Assembly: GCF_036321535.1 (NCBI RefSeq)
Contig: NC_087437.1
Coordinates: 99,822,001 to 99,886,000 of the forward strand
DNA length: 64,000 nt
DNA from: Camelus dromedarius
Taxonomy: Eukaryota
Reading direction: 5' to 3'
Below are positions 51,246-64,000 of this stretch, in pieces; position 1 is the first letter of the stretch, and each line of letters opens with the position of its first letter. Both the position numbers and the translations under genes were made by a program. The notes under the pieces are model-generated. The model had not been told where the DNA came from. It saw only the letters and a list, made by a program, of their open reading frames with translations, and did no database searches.

Positions 51246-54200
51246 AAATACAAGAAAAGAATAGAGCAATATTTGACACCCATATTTACCTGTTTTTCTG
51301 CCCTCAATCTGGTCTTCCATATTTCTTTGCTTTTTGAATGACATCACCATGTATCCAACTACAAAGACAAGAAACCCAAAATTTATCCTTCAAAGTTCCT
51401 TTTTTCTCACTTTTCACATCTAATCCAACTCAATGTTTTACTTTCTTGTCTCTTTGGAACACCTGACATCTCTCCCCACTGCTGCAAATTTATGCAAAAT
51501 CATCAAAATATTAGTGTGCTGGTACTCAGTACAGTATTAATGAATTGTTGTATCATAAAATAAAATGTGAGCACTTTTCAACTCCTTAGGAAATATCTTT
51601 CAGAATAATTTGGGGCAATCAATCATTTTTGGATGGAAACAAGCCATACTATAAAAACAAAATAGCCATTTGAAATAATATGTGATTTCTAGCTGAAATT
51701 GTTTATTTGAATTATGGCTTAAAAGATGGTTGAAGAAAAAGGCAGTAAGTAGTGAAGACTGAGCTTTGATCATTATATGTTTAAAAATATTTATCTTTCT
51801 ATACATCTTTATACAGATATAAAACTATTTTTATAGAGGTGGCTGTAGAGGTGAATGCTACCTCTACTATTTTTCAGGAATAATAGGTACAAAATAAATA
51901 CTTCATGAAAGGGGGCTGGTCAAAGATGCACATGAAATCACGGGCAGTTATCTGTAAAGGACTGCAAAATGGAAGGTGATAGTGTGAGTGGTACACGTGA
52001 TGACAGTTTTGTTGTTTGTAATAACGCCAATGAAGGCTGGAAAAAATACTTTTCCCTAACTCTGTCAAAATTCACTTTTTACAGGCTTTCCACTTCCGTA
52101 CTTTAAATTTTGAATGACTCCTTCACAGTTGTTGATTTATGTGATGCTTTTGTAAACAGATTATTTATTCTGTAGACTTCTAGCTGCCCATGTGACACAT
52201 ACTTTTAGATTTAAGATGTTGCTTTTTTTTTTTTTCTTTTTTAATTTGAGAAAAGAAAAACAAGAGCTGGATTTAATCTGTACTTCAACATATAGGTTTG
52301 GATTCACAGCCTTGGGAATGTAGTTAATGACTGCACTTCTTTGAGCCTTGGTTTCCAACTAGTTATACCCACCTCCAACTGGCATTTGTGAGAGTAAAAA
52401 TATAAAAGTCACCTCACGGTCCTTATCACTTAGGCAATCACTATATAGTAGCTCTTAATAGCATTAATATTGAACTTTCATTTTTAAGTCTTCACTTACA
52501 ATCACAGGTAAAATCACCCTGTTTAATTTTGTAAAGCCAACCTGAATATGATTTATGGAAACAAAATGAAATACAGACTGAGGTAATTTATTATTGTTGT
52601 TATTAGCATTATTACTATTACCATTATTATCTATAGAAGATGGTGGTTTCTAAGGTCATAAAAAAGTTAATTTGTCAGAGAAAGGTAGTTTGGACGTGAA
52701 TTATCTATTGCAATGAAGTAGTGAGAATTCAAATGCAAAAAATTTATGGAAGATAACTAATAAATTGAACTTGAATCTGAGATGTTGAAATTGAACAGGA
52801 CCATAGAGACAGCATAAACCCCCTTCTCAGTTTCCAGATGGTAAGGGCTAAGCCTACAGAAGTTTACCGATTTCCCACAATGACATAGCAGATGTGCAAA
52901 ACGGAAAGTAGAAAATACATTTCATAACCTCCCAGCCCAATGCCCTTTCTAATACTGGTCATGAAAATGAAGAGAAAATTAACTCCCAAGTTATTTGCTT
53001 ACCTCACATACAGAGTACAAGATTGGTTGAAATTGTCTAGATTATTTTGGAAACATCATCACAGAGACATAAGTGGTTGACAGTGCTTACAAATATCTTG
53101 GAGAAACTTCAATGGTTAAATGTCTAGGATAAAATTTCTCATTTCTTTCACCTACTTATTAGTTAGGTATGTGGAAGGAAACATGTAAGCCTCAGACAGC
53201 ATGCTGTTTCAGTGAGCACAGTGACTCCATGATCCATATCCTGTTTTTGTGCTTAAGTGTGAAAAGCTAAGTGACCATGAACCCTACCCTCTAAGAGTAC
53301 GTGGTCTAATGAGGGTGCAATCCATAAATGGGTCAACACAATTCAAAAAGGAAGGAACTGAGATGAAGGTTATACATAAGGTGTGATGAAAGTATACAGG
53401 AACAATATTTACCTGTGGTCAAATGATCACTTATTACATAGGCTTTCCAGTCAAGAAACGAATTTTAAAAAAACAGTTGTTGGTACAGATAATAGTAAAA
53501 CTACCATAACCTTAAGTTGTTTCTATCAGCAAAAAAGGCTGTTGGGAAGTAGTACACTGTTCTCAGAAAAACAAAAATGTGTTGCTATCATTACCATAAC
53601 CTTTCATTATTCTTCTATACTCCTTGGAGAAAACAGAGTGAGAAGCTGTTTTCTAAATTTCCAAGTAATATGATTTATATGCCTACCTTCAGAAAACACA
53701 CATCTTCAATCAAAGATGTTATTTTCCACACTTTTCCTCTTTGAAAACATGAAAAGAAATTCCAAGCAAGTACAAAAAAGAAAGTCAGGCAGCTGTTTGG
53801 GCTATTACTGAATAATTATGATGCTGATCACTGTTGTTTCCCTTTAATGTTAATTTAAAATATGCTGGGCACTATAAAGCACATTGGTAAATACAGCATT
53901 TTAAGGAAATTTTGGACTGAAATACGTTAGATTTTATTTGAAAGAAACAAAAGGAAAGCAACCAGATGCCAGAGCGTAATTTCCTCTTGTTTTGAGGGAA
54001 GTAGCGGTCCATTATTCTCAAGCAGAAAAAACAGTGAATGGGATGGATGTTTTGAATCCATACTGAAGAGTTATATCGCAATGAAATCACTGCAACAAAC
54101 AAATTGAATTATTTTTTCCCAAAGCCAACATTGTACCTTCTTGCAGGATTCATGTTCTTTATAAGTCTCCATTTGTGTTAAGACAAAAATAACAGTGAAT

Positions 54201-54809
54201 GACGCTGCATAATAGCTAATAATATTGCTCTAACCCCTTATTATCTTTTAGGTCAATGAAATGTAACTAACATTAATATTCATTCAAATAAAAAAAGATT
54301 TTAAGTGAGCATTTAAAAAAATTTTTTTAACATTTTATCTTAAAGGAAGCCTTTTAGAATCCATCAAAATATTAGAGAAACTACACCAGAATCAGCATGT
54401 TATTGTGGTGTCTAAACTCTTTAGTCTAAACATTTTTTTCCAGGAAATGTATTTTATTTATCTTATACTCTCAACACTCACCATGTACATTCTTTATAAA
54501 AAGTCTTGGTGAAGGAATTGAGTATAAAGAAAAAAAAAATTGATTAAGGAGGATTTCCACCAGAAAAAAGTCATAATATTCTCACAAACACGGACATTGC
54601 TAGCCCTGTATGATCACCATGGAGGGAACATTTGGCAGAAAGAAAGAAATCCTAAATTTAAAAGGGAGGGAAAAATTAGAAGGTAGAGGACAGCACATAG
54701 GCTGATTTGCACATGGAGTTCTGTCTTGAAATTAAGATTTGCATAAAAGGAAAATAACACTTTTTTCTTGGAGAATTCATTCATTCATTCAACAATGTTT
54801 GTCGGAGTT

Positions 54810-54928
54810 GGGGAGGGTATAGCTTGTGGCAGAGTGCATGGTTAGCCCGCAGGAGGTCCTGGGTTCAGTCCGCAGTACCTCCATTCAAAATAAATAAATA
54901 AACCTAATTACCACCCCCCCCAAAAAAA
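54810..54928 (+). mobile_element. Vic-1-type tRNA-derived SINE (camelid)
   Basis: ggggagggtatagct-tgtggcagagtgcatg...gaggtcctgggttcagtcc (A/B boxes) plus tail aaataaataaataaacctaattaccacccccccc; inserted in an L2 end (cattcattcattcaaca) with partial TSD gtttgt. Confidence 0.85.
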
Positions 54929-57249
54929 GTTTGTGAAGCCCCTACAGGGGCTGGCCACATTTCTACTCTGTGTAGGTGAAGAAAAGAATAAAAACAATGT
55001 CCCTGTTTTACAGACTTTATATTATAGGGGGTGGAAAAAAGCAATAAACCAAAACTCCAATATATCAGGGGAAGGAAAAATAAAGCAAAGTCTAAGAATC
55101 AAGAATATGGCCAGGAGTTACGTCAATGTTATTTTTGTTAGCGGGCTCTGAGGAGACCTCTCTAAGCAGGTACTTAGATGAAGTGAGGGAGTGGAGCTGG
55201 TTGATTTATAGGGCCAGTGGAGATGAAGAGCTTCCCTTATGGAAACCAAAGTAATATGGATGCATATAGGTAACAATTTTCAAATTAAGAATAAAATACA
55301 AATAAGGAACAAGTAACAGAAAATTTCACTGTTAAGAAATAGAAAACCCATATATCTATAAATAGAGATTTAAAAATCAGGTTGTGGATAAAAATTAGAT
55401 TGTGGATAAAGCAAATTTCTCTAGAAGTAATAGTAGCGTTAATATACACAGATATATAAAAGTAACATAAAAATTAAATAAAAATTTTATTTCCAGATAA
55501 ATAAGAATATATGTATATAAGTTTGTATATAAATAAGATAATGTATAATAGATATAAATGGATATAAGGGGCACACTTTTGTGCTTACAGAACCAATGAT
55601 TATCTTCCTAATATGGGTATGAAGATTAATTCTTGAAGGCTGTGTGTGCTGATCTGTTTTTAGACCAATTTTCTCCTATCCCCTCGACAAAATTTAAAAT
55701 ATATGTTATGTTGAAAAAAACATGCAGTGTGAGGCTGAGAGACAGAGAAGCATGTTCTCAGCAGCTGTGCAATGCTAGCATGTTGTGAATATTCAACAAA
55801 TATTAAGTGACATTGAAATATGAATTGACGGATAATGAATCACTTTAGGGAATTATCCTGCCAAAATGTTTTGGAAGATCCATGAAATGTTTGACAAATC
55901 CAAAGGATCCCAAGATTTGCTTTTGCTGAGATTTATTTATTTATTTGCGGGGATGGAGAGACAGGTTCTGATTTTTCATCTGACTTATTATGTCCTTCTG
56001 TTAGAGTGAAATTCACGGCCAAATCATATTACTTTAACTTTTGTTAAGCAATTGATTTCTTAGTGGTTATATTATTGGAAAAACAGAACCTCTAGGAAAA
56101 AATTGCCTCTTTTTATTAAGTACAGAAATAAAATTAATTAAACAGAAACTTAATTATAGTAATGGGATTGACCCTGAAGTGGAGAATGACTACCAGGATG
56201 GGACACAAATATTGCATTTACCGAGTTTATAACTAACCACATTATCTTATTTAGCATTTACTTTTAAAAAGGGAGGAAATCCACAGCTTCTATTTTCTTC
56301 TGATTACATTCAAATTAACAGATAGGATCTTTGCCTAAGACCTACATGATGATTTTAACAAAATGATAGTTTAAAAATTATCTCACTTTAAACACTAAGA
56401 AATTTTAGCCTGTTTCTTGCCATTTTAATGTCCTCTGACACTTTTGTTCTGTGTATACTCATTACTACAGTTATATAAACCTTTTCACAATGCCTGTAAT
56501 GTGGAAGGTGTATAGATGCATCAGGATTTTTAAAGTTGCAAATTACAAAAGGCAGCTTAAGAAAAAAGAGGGGACTTCTCATCACCAAGGGTAGTTAAAA
56601 GAAAATAGTACAGCCAGATGCCAGGCAGGATTGTAAGGAGCATTAGAAGATTATTGGCCACTGGGACCACTTTCTTATCATCTCTTGATTCTGTTTCTCT
56701 CTGTGCATTTACTTCATTGCTCTGTTTTTTTGGCATGCTGCTTTCTTTTCTTGAATTCACAAAATGGCAGGAAAAAAAGAGACACAATATATGGTACAAG
56801 TCAAGCCATATTGGAGAGACAGACTTTCTGGGATCCTGCTTAATTCTCAAGGAAGTGACTTGGCCCAGACCAGGTGGGGTGTCCAGTTATTTCCCAGTTA
56901 ACTCTGGCCAGGGACTCTTGGTGCCATTGTATAAATATGGCTGGTAGGTGCTAACAGCAGGGAATAAGGAGGTCTGAAGTAAGTGGGAGTAATTAAGTGG
57001 TTAATTATGAGTTAAGAGATACCTTAAGGAGTCTGCTGTATTATATAAGTGAAGTTTTATCTAAAAGTCTCCTTCTCAAGTACTTTACTTTTGATACCTA
57101 CTATAATTTTTTGGGCAATATCTTTTCACCATCCAAAATCCTGTATCCAATCCATCTCTTAAGTGTTCATGTTAATGGAGAAATGATTATCCAACAAATC
57201 CATCCTCCTAGGGGGGAAAAAAATCTATACACTAGAAAAGGTACAGTCA

Positions 57250-58115
57250 TAACTACCTGAGAGTTCTAGAGATTGAATATGATTGGTAGATTTTAGAAAA
57301 GAGCCAAAAGTTGGGCAAAGCCATTAGACAGATTGAGTTCCTCATTTTTCTACAGTTTTGTCCTGAGGCAGCCTCAGTCATGGTGACAGTGGTGTAGGAA
57401 CAATTCAAATGCTGACAGAAAGCCCGTTGGCTTACTGGCTGAGGAAATAGGGCAGGAAATACATAGCAACCAGAGCTACCAGAGAGTGAGATGAGAATCA
57501 GAAAGTAGAGAGTCAAAGAAACAGTATCCCAATTTCTGTGTGAAAACTTGGCCCGAGTCTCTGGCTGACCACTGAACCACATATTGAATGGGGCAAACAG
57601 AAAGCTGCTCATAGCTACGGTTGAAGGAACTGATCTGAGATCTAAGCGGCTGCCCACCACACACTTGCCTGTTTGCACTTTGAGTCTAACCAAGTTAATT
57701 GCCTGCTAAAACAAAAGCATCAACACTTTTTGGAGCAATCTAACAGAATCCAGATTCTCCACAATCTAGCATTCGGAACGCCCAGGATCCAGTCCAATAT
57801 TATCCGCATATAAATAGCAAGAAAAATGTGATCCAGTCTCAAGGGAAAAAAACTACAAACAGATGCCAACCCTGAGGTTAGCAGATGTTGGAATTATCAG
57901 ACATTACTTTGAAGAAGCAGTAATAAATACGCTCAGTGACAGAAAGAAAATTAGCCTTGTAATGAATGAAAACATAAGGTATCTGTGCAAATACTGAAAA
58001 CTGGAAATTTTAGAACTGAAAATTTCAAAAAAAAATCCACTGGATAGGCTCCAAAGACATAGAGAGAAAAGGGCCACTAAATTTGAAAATGTATTAATAA
58101 AACACATCTAATCTG
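57250..58115 (+). mobile_element. Old L1M 5' UTR/ORF1 remnant
   Basis: agaaaaatgtgatccagtctcaagggaaaa...cagatgttggaattatcagac...ggaaattttagaactgaaaat. Confidence 0.7.
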
Positions 58116-58119
58116 AAGA

Positions 58120-58620
58120 AAGATATCCCCTACAACGTAACTATTAATTTAAAGGAAGGAGTTAACTTTACAGTGGAGAAGATGGGAGACACACTCTTAC
58201 CCAGTGATAGAGTTAATATTACCAATAATGAGACACAGTGACAACTTCTACCTCCTCATATGATACACCGAGAAGAGCACAACGTCACCTCTAAGGTTTT
58301 CTTACTGAAAATTAATAATCTGAATTTAATCATGAGGAAACATCAGACAAACCAGAATTGGAAGGTGGTCTACAAAATAACTGGGCAATACTCTTCAAAT
58401 GTGTCAAGGACATGAATGACAGACTGAGCTTCTTTCAGAATAAGAGAGACTGAGGAGGCAAGACAATTAAGTGCAATGTATGACCCTGTATTGCATCGGA
58501 AGTCCAGAAAGAGAACAATAGTAGAGAAATTGATAAAATTTGAATAAGATCTGTGGATTAGGTAATTGTATCATAACAATATTCATACTGTGATTTTGCT
58601 AATCATATATAATTATGTTT
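58120..58620 (+). mobile_element. L1MC-type 3' UTR fragment
   Basis: taactttacagtggagaa...ctgaatttaatcatgaggaaacatcagacaaacc...ctacaaaataactgg. Confidence 0.75.
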
Positions 58621-59240
58621 GTATTGTTAAGAATTCTGTTTTCTCCAAATTTATAATTTCAATGCAATCCCAACCAAAATCTCAGCATGTTTTTGCAGAA
58701 GTTAACAAGCTGATTCTAAAAATTTTATGGAAATGCAAATGAACAGGAATAGCCAAAGCAATTTTTAAAAAGAAGGAAAAAATTGGAGAACTTAAATGTT
58801 CTGATTTCATACTATAAATATACAGTAATCAAGAAATATATTATTGCAGAAAAAACAGACATATAAATAAATGTAAGAGAACTGAATCCAAAAGTAGATC
58901 CAAACATAACTGGCCAAGTGATTTTCTTTAAAAAAAAAGCATAAAGGTTTTCAATGAGGGAATAAAATGCCTTTTCCAAAATAACGTTGCAACAACTTGG
59001 ATATTCACATGGGGAAGTGAACATTGATCCTTACCAACACTATATTCAACTCTTAATCCAAAAGGATTTCTATTACTAAGTAGTAAAACTAAAAAACTGA
59101 AAGAAATGAGGAAGGTAAGTCTTTGTGTCCTTCAGATAGGTAAATATGTCTTCAATAGAATGTAAAATGCTCAAATCATTTTTAAAAAGGGCTAAGTTAA
59201 ACTTGATCAAAATTAAAACATGAAGCTCCAAAATGGGCAT
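58621..59240 (+). mobile_element. Old L1M ORF2 fragment
   Basis: ttcaatgcaatcccaaccaaaatctcagca...acaagctgattctaaaa...gaatagccaaagcaattttt. Confidence 0.85.
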
Positions 59241-62200
59241 CAAGTTTATGTTTGTATAACCAGGGAGCCACTCCACTCCAGACATTCTTTGTAATTCTTT
59301 CCATCTTTGAGAACTATTTTTCCAAAAACCCAATTTGGTAAATGCTGCCAAAGATTTTTTTTTTGCTTGTTCCTGACAAGAAGTAATGTTTCTTGAGCTA
59401 GGTTTATCTGTTTATTATGATGCTTTACGTTAACAACTTCCTTCTAAGCTTAAAGTTTAGGAAGAATTCTTCCTACTCGATACACATAACATTGTCACTA
59501 AGGTTAAACCACATGGGCTGCACTGAACTTAGAGAGACTGGAAGGAGACGAGGAAGGGTAGATGTTCTAGGGGTTTTGTTTGTTTGTTTCTTTGTTTGCT
59601 TGTTTGTTTGGCCACTTAGCATGACCAATGTATCTACCTTGTGGTACAGATGAAAGTTCAAAAGTGAGGATTAGAAAAAAATTTCAAAAAAGGGGAGAAG
59701 GTGGTTCTCTGCACTGGAAAACCTAGGAATGCAGCAGTCAATGATCTCAGGACAGTCTAGTTAGGAGAGTAAAAACCTGAATTAGGTCTTCATACAGCTG
59801 CGACACACTCTCGAGAGAAACTTTCTAGCAAACAGCAACATGTTGACCAGAATCCCTTATTCCATCCCTGACACTCTCAAGGTATTTTTCAATGATTTGG
59901 CTCAATAGCAATTCACAAAGCCTTTTGCACAAGCAAATTTTCAAAGCCTTGTAACTCTTGTAACTGTGTAAATAATTCCTATTTTTGAGTCTCTATGGTA
60001 AGACACCAGAACACAGGAGTTTCTGTTTTTAAATAAACATAATTTGAATGTCACAGAATCTTGCTGAGCATTTCTTAAAGGGCTCCCCCATCCCCTGCTT
60101 AAAAGCTTTATGCTGTTTTCGTAAGAGCAAATCTATTCCAACATTAAAAGCTTCCAATTAGATATGAAACTCCAAACCCATGAATTTTGAGAGGGTTCTG
60201 AACTTGCCAAAACAATTTCTTGTTAGACTTGATACTTGGATTACACATTCTCATTGCATATTTAAAAGCCTTTACTATAAAGGTTTCCTATAACAAAAAG
60301 GAGATGAAAAGATACTGTAATTATTCACGGAACATATTCAAGCCATCATTGCTGATGAAATATGATATCTACGACGTTCCTCCACTGTAAATAAGGCAGT
60401 GATTCAGAGGAGTGCTATTAACTACAGAAAACCCATTCTTCCCCTTATTAACACATAGAACAATAGCTTTCATCTGCCTCTGCCTCTCAGTCTAAAACAA
60501 AACATACTAAGTCTAAACTCTTTGAGAATAAAATTTAAATTGCAGGTCGGTTTCAGCTTTTCAGACTCTTAACTTCAGTGGAAACTTTGGGTGCCTTTCT
60601 AATGATGTGGCCAAGGCAGTATCTTTCCCACCTGGAAAACAAAAGCCAAATTCCAGCAGGCAGAGGCTGCTACCCTACTGAAGGTGGAGCTAGACAGGGA
60701 AACTGGAGGAGAGGAATGCCGATTCCTTGGCGAGGGCTGACCTCGCCCATCGGGAAACTGTCCTAGCGGTTTCTTGTGAGGACTCTGAGGCAAGATGGCT
60801 CTCGTTGCTTTCAGTGTCACAACAAATCACATCAGCTCTGAACTGGATACTGAGCGCGTAAGTTAGAGTGAAGCCCGCACCATACCTCAATGTAGTTTGC
60901 AGCCTGCAGACTGAGTGCTACCCTTGCGTTCATTTTGATAAGCTCTCCTTGAGATGGCACATAAACGTATTCTGATAACCACAGAAATGCTGGTCAGTGG
61001 ACAAACACTTGGTCAGAGGAGTTTCACTGCTCACATTGTGATGCCTTCCAGAGTATCGGTCCTTGCCCCTGGCACTCCTCTAGAAAAGGAGTCAAGCAGG
61101 CATTGCCTGTCTTGGTTTAATAGGCCTCTAAATTGTCAGTGCAATTATTAAGGCTTTCAAAAGTGGCTTGGGTAGCTTCGGTGCCCCAGGATCTTCCCTC
61201 TGATTTTATTACAATGAAGCTAATGCAAAAGAGTTGGGGGAAGATGGCAAGTTGACACACGCCATTCTTCGTGTGCCATCTCGACCTGCTGCTGCTTGAC
61301 TTTTCTTGCAACCGATGGTGTTAATAGTCATGACCTCATCAGGCTAAGAAAACTTGCATCCATTTTAGCCACTTGCTGAAAGCACACAGAACTGCTGGAG
61401 ATAAAATTTCCAGGAATATATTAAAACAAAACTGCTAACTCAGCCAAACTTCCTGCACACTTGGAAAGCCTGTAAAACAGCAGGCCAACGGTAATATGCA
61501 GAGAGAGGAGAAGAGAGGAAAACTAAGTAAAAGCTGTTGTTTAAAAGTCAAGGGTTTGAAAATTAGGGGAATATTTACATGATCGCCAGTTATCTTTTAG
61601 TGGCCACAATGAGTTGTTTCATCTTACCTTCGGGTTATTCCAACACTGAAAATTGAAATCACGATTTGCTGAGTATATCAGTTTCCTTTTATTTTATTTT
61701 TTCCTAAGTGGAAGAAATAATTTTGTAAATAAGTCTAGGATTTCTTAGAAACCATCGTGTGTTCCAATTTTAGAAAAAAGCCATTCCAAATATTTTCTTA
61801 AATTATTACTGATATCAACCAGTAATATGTAAATTGTTCAGTATCTTTATGTCTTATTCCAGGTGCCAAATTTATATTAAGCCACTTCTACCTACTCCTT
61901 GCTCATTTCCAAATATCCTCATAGCTCAAAAGCATCTTACTCAGTTATCCCTGTACAGTATGAGGAACCCAGCTCTTAGCTTTCCATCCCAAGCATGTTT
62001 ATGACTGTAGGTTTTTAGCTTCTCAATAAACTCGCTGTGTTTTACTCACCTGGCACTGTTCCTGGCAATTAGTGGTCCCAGAAAGTGTTTATTTAGCAGA
62101 ACCAGAAACTACATTCTTCACACAATTTATCTTGCTATTTAGTCTGGCGAAAAAAAATTGAAAATGCAGAACACATTCAATTATTCCACAGATAAAAAAG

Positions 62201-62984
62201 TTTAACACCTGTTGTTACTAGTACGACACATATAACTACTTTTATTTCTATCTTGTACCTTTCTTGAATGTTGTAGCAGGTTTTGGGTATGTATATGAAT
62301 TGCTCAACTGGTTTGAAATGAATAATTCCATCATATTCTTTTTTCTTATAAACCCAAATACTAACTTTGTTGAGCTGACCTAAAATCAAATTAAGAAAGG
62401 GTTTCTTTCATGAGAGATGGCCTTTGCCCCATTTAAATAATCATCAACAAAATATGTTGGTCACTTAAACTGATCCTCTATTTTGCAAAAGAAGAATTAT
62501 TTTCATGAGACATTGAGACTGAACCAAAGAAAAATTACCTATGAACTAGCTGTTATTTGTGAGTTAAGGGTTAATATCTTCACTTGCCTAAATTGTATTT
62601 CTATGTGATTAAAAAGTTTTCAAAAAAATGTTCTCAATACTGGGAAGAAAATGCTGGAGATAAAGAGAAGGCTCTTTCTGTGAATTAATTAACAAACAAC
62701 ATAGATTTAAAAAATAGATTACTGATGAATTCAAATTTTGAAGAATATTAACAGCAATCTATCTATGTTCTTTATGTTTAAGGAGCTGATAAAAATGAGG
62801 ATATGTTAGACCCTAAGTTTGTAAAATTTGGCTTTTCTGCAAAACAAAAACAAAAGTGAAAAAAACAAAACAAAACAAAATTGTTCTAATCATGATTTAC
62901 TAGACTAGATGTCAGATTTTTTTTGTCAAATGGACACTTCATCCAGGGATGAAATAACAGACAATACCATATAGAATTAGTGTT

Positions 62985-63150
62985 CAGCTGAGAGCCCACA
63001 GATCTGCTTTATAATCCTGGCCCCTGCCACTGGCGAGATGTTGGAGTTTACATAGTTGTTCCTATCTGGCCCACAGTCCGTTTTGCTGCTGCTGAGTTAT
63101 CAGATCAGGTGGTCTATCAGTTCCCCTTCTAGCTTGAAAATTCTCTCATC
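62985..63150 (+). mobile_element. MIR-like fragment
   Basis: taatcctggcccctgccact and ttccccttctagcttgaaaattct resemble a MIR3-type head and tail. Confidence 0.45.
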
Positions 63151-64000
63151 TTTCAGAAGACTTCAATTCTTCTTGGTGACCAAGGGCGCCTTTTAAGTTT
63201 GGTTAAAGGTTATATTTAGGATTATGCTTTTCTTTCTTTTTATTACATTAACTGATTTAGGAAAGATTTTTTTTTGCAGAACTTTGCCTAAAAGTAGATA
63301 ATAGGAAAAGAAAAAAAGGAGAAATAGATTTGTCTGGGAGTCACCACGTTTACGAATGTGAGCGTGTGTGTTATGTGCGTGCATTTTGTGTGTTCGTTTG
63401 TTTTCTTTGCTTCGTGCTTTTTGGCTCTTTAGCACTTCTCACTTCCAGAAACTTAAAAGTGCCAGAAGAACCACATTTACATGAAAAGATTTTTGGAGCA
63501 TTATTGCCAACCTTGATTTGAAGCTGGAGTTTACGAAATCTTCACAGAGCCTTTTTTTAATGAGGTTTCCAGCTTTAATAAAAAGAGTGTGGTTTCTTAA
63601 CTGAAATGACCTGCCAGAACTTTTCTAGGTTCATCCATGGTTACACTGCATATTAAAAATATTGAATAATAGATTGAAGTGGGAGCATAAGCTTTCATCT
63701 AAAAGGCAGAGCAGTTCCTCCAAGATTTTATACTCAGAAGAAGCCCTCTCAGGGCTTCTAAACAAACAACTAATAATTCTTGTTAAGTAACCTTATTTAC
63801 TACAGGTATAATTTGTGGTAGTTAACATTTTGTAAAATTGAATTTGCTTCGGTTTTGATTAAAAGTATTTATTTCAGGCTCTGTGAATAAAAGAGCTCCA
63901 GTTTAAAAAAAAAAAAAAAAGAAAGAAAGAAAGCAGATTTTGCAAGTTGCTAAAAGAAACTAGCTTTTGTTCTTAAATCCTTAAAAAATATGAAAGCATA

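Noticed and set aside
54810..54882. tRNA-like sequence
   Set aside because: Degenerate stems and a SINE tail; it is a SINE head, not a tRNA gene.
57253..57693. 146-aa minus-strand ORF
   Set aside because: Antisense to an L1M 5' remnant, non-ATG start, no recognisable domain.
1..64000. Prokaryotic systems (CRISPR arrays, operons, defence islands)
   Set aside because: The sequence is mammalian repeat-rich DNA with no long ORFs and no repeat-spacer arrays.

Overview
AT-rich mammalian genomic DNA, very probably from a camelid (camel, alpaca or llama): it carries a Vic-1-type tRNA-derived SINE at about 54810-54928. The window looks intronic or intergenic. I cannot recognise any host protein-coding gene. 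The only convincing protein-like ORFs are LINE-1 ORF2 C-terminal remnants, plus a frameshifted ERVL integrase remnant read by eye. A large part of the window is interspersed repeat: old and younger L1, L2/MIR, MLT1/MLT2/LTR16/LTR33-type LTRs, MER20/MER5/Tigger DNA elements and microsatellites. The most unusual signal is a cluster at 11.9-13.1 kb of three short insertions inside L1 remnants, each copied from DNA 0.6-1.5 kb away (one inverted, forming a perfect hairpin), which suggests a local template-switching hotspot. Also noted: a 64-nt minus-strand hairpin in a CpG-retaining exon-like segment (6.6 kb), several candidate spliced exons and microexons, and repeat-poor putative regulatory islands (an RFX X-box plus G4 motif at 28.2-28.4 kb). 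Repeat family names come from recalled consensus sequences, not a database search, and boundaries are approximate. I see no firm evidence for a new multi-gene system.
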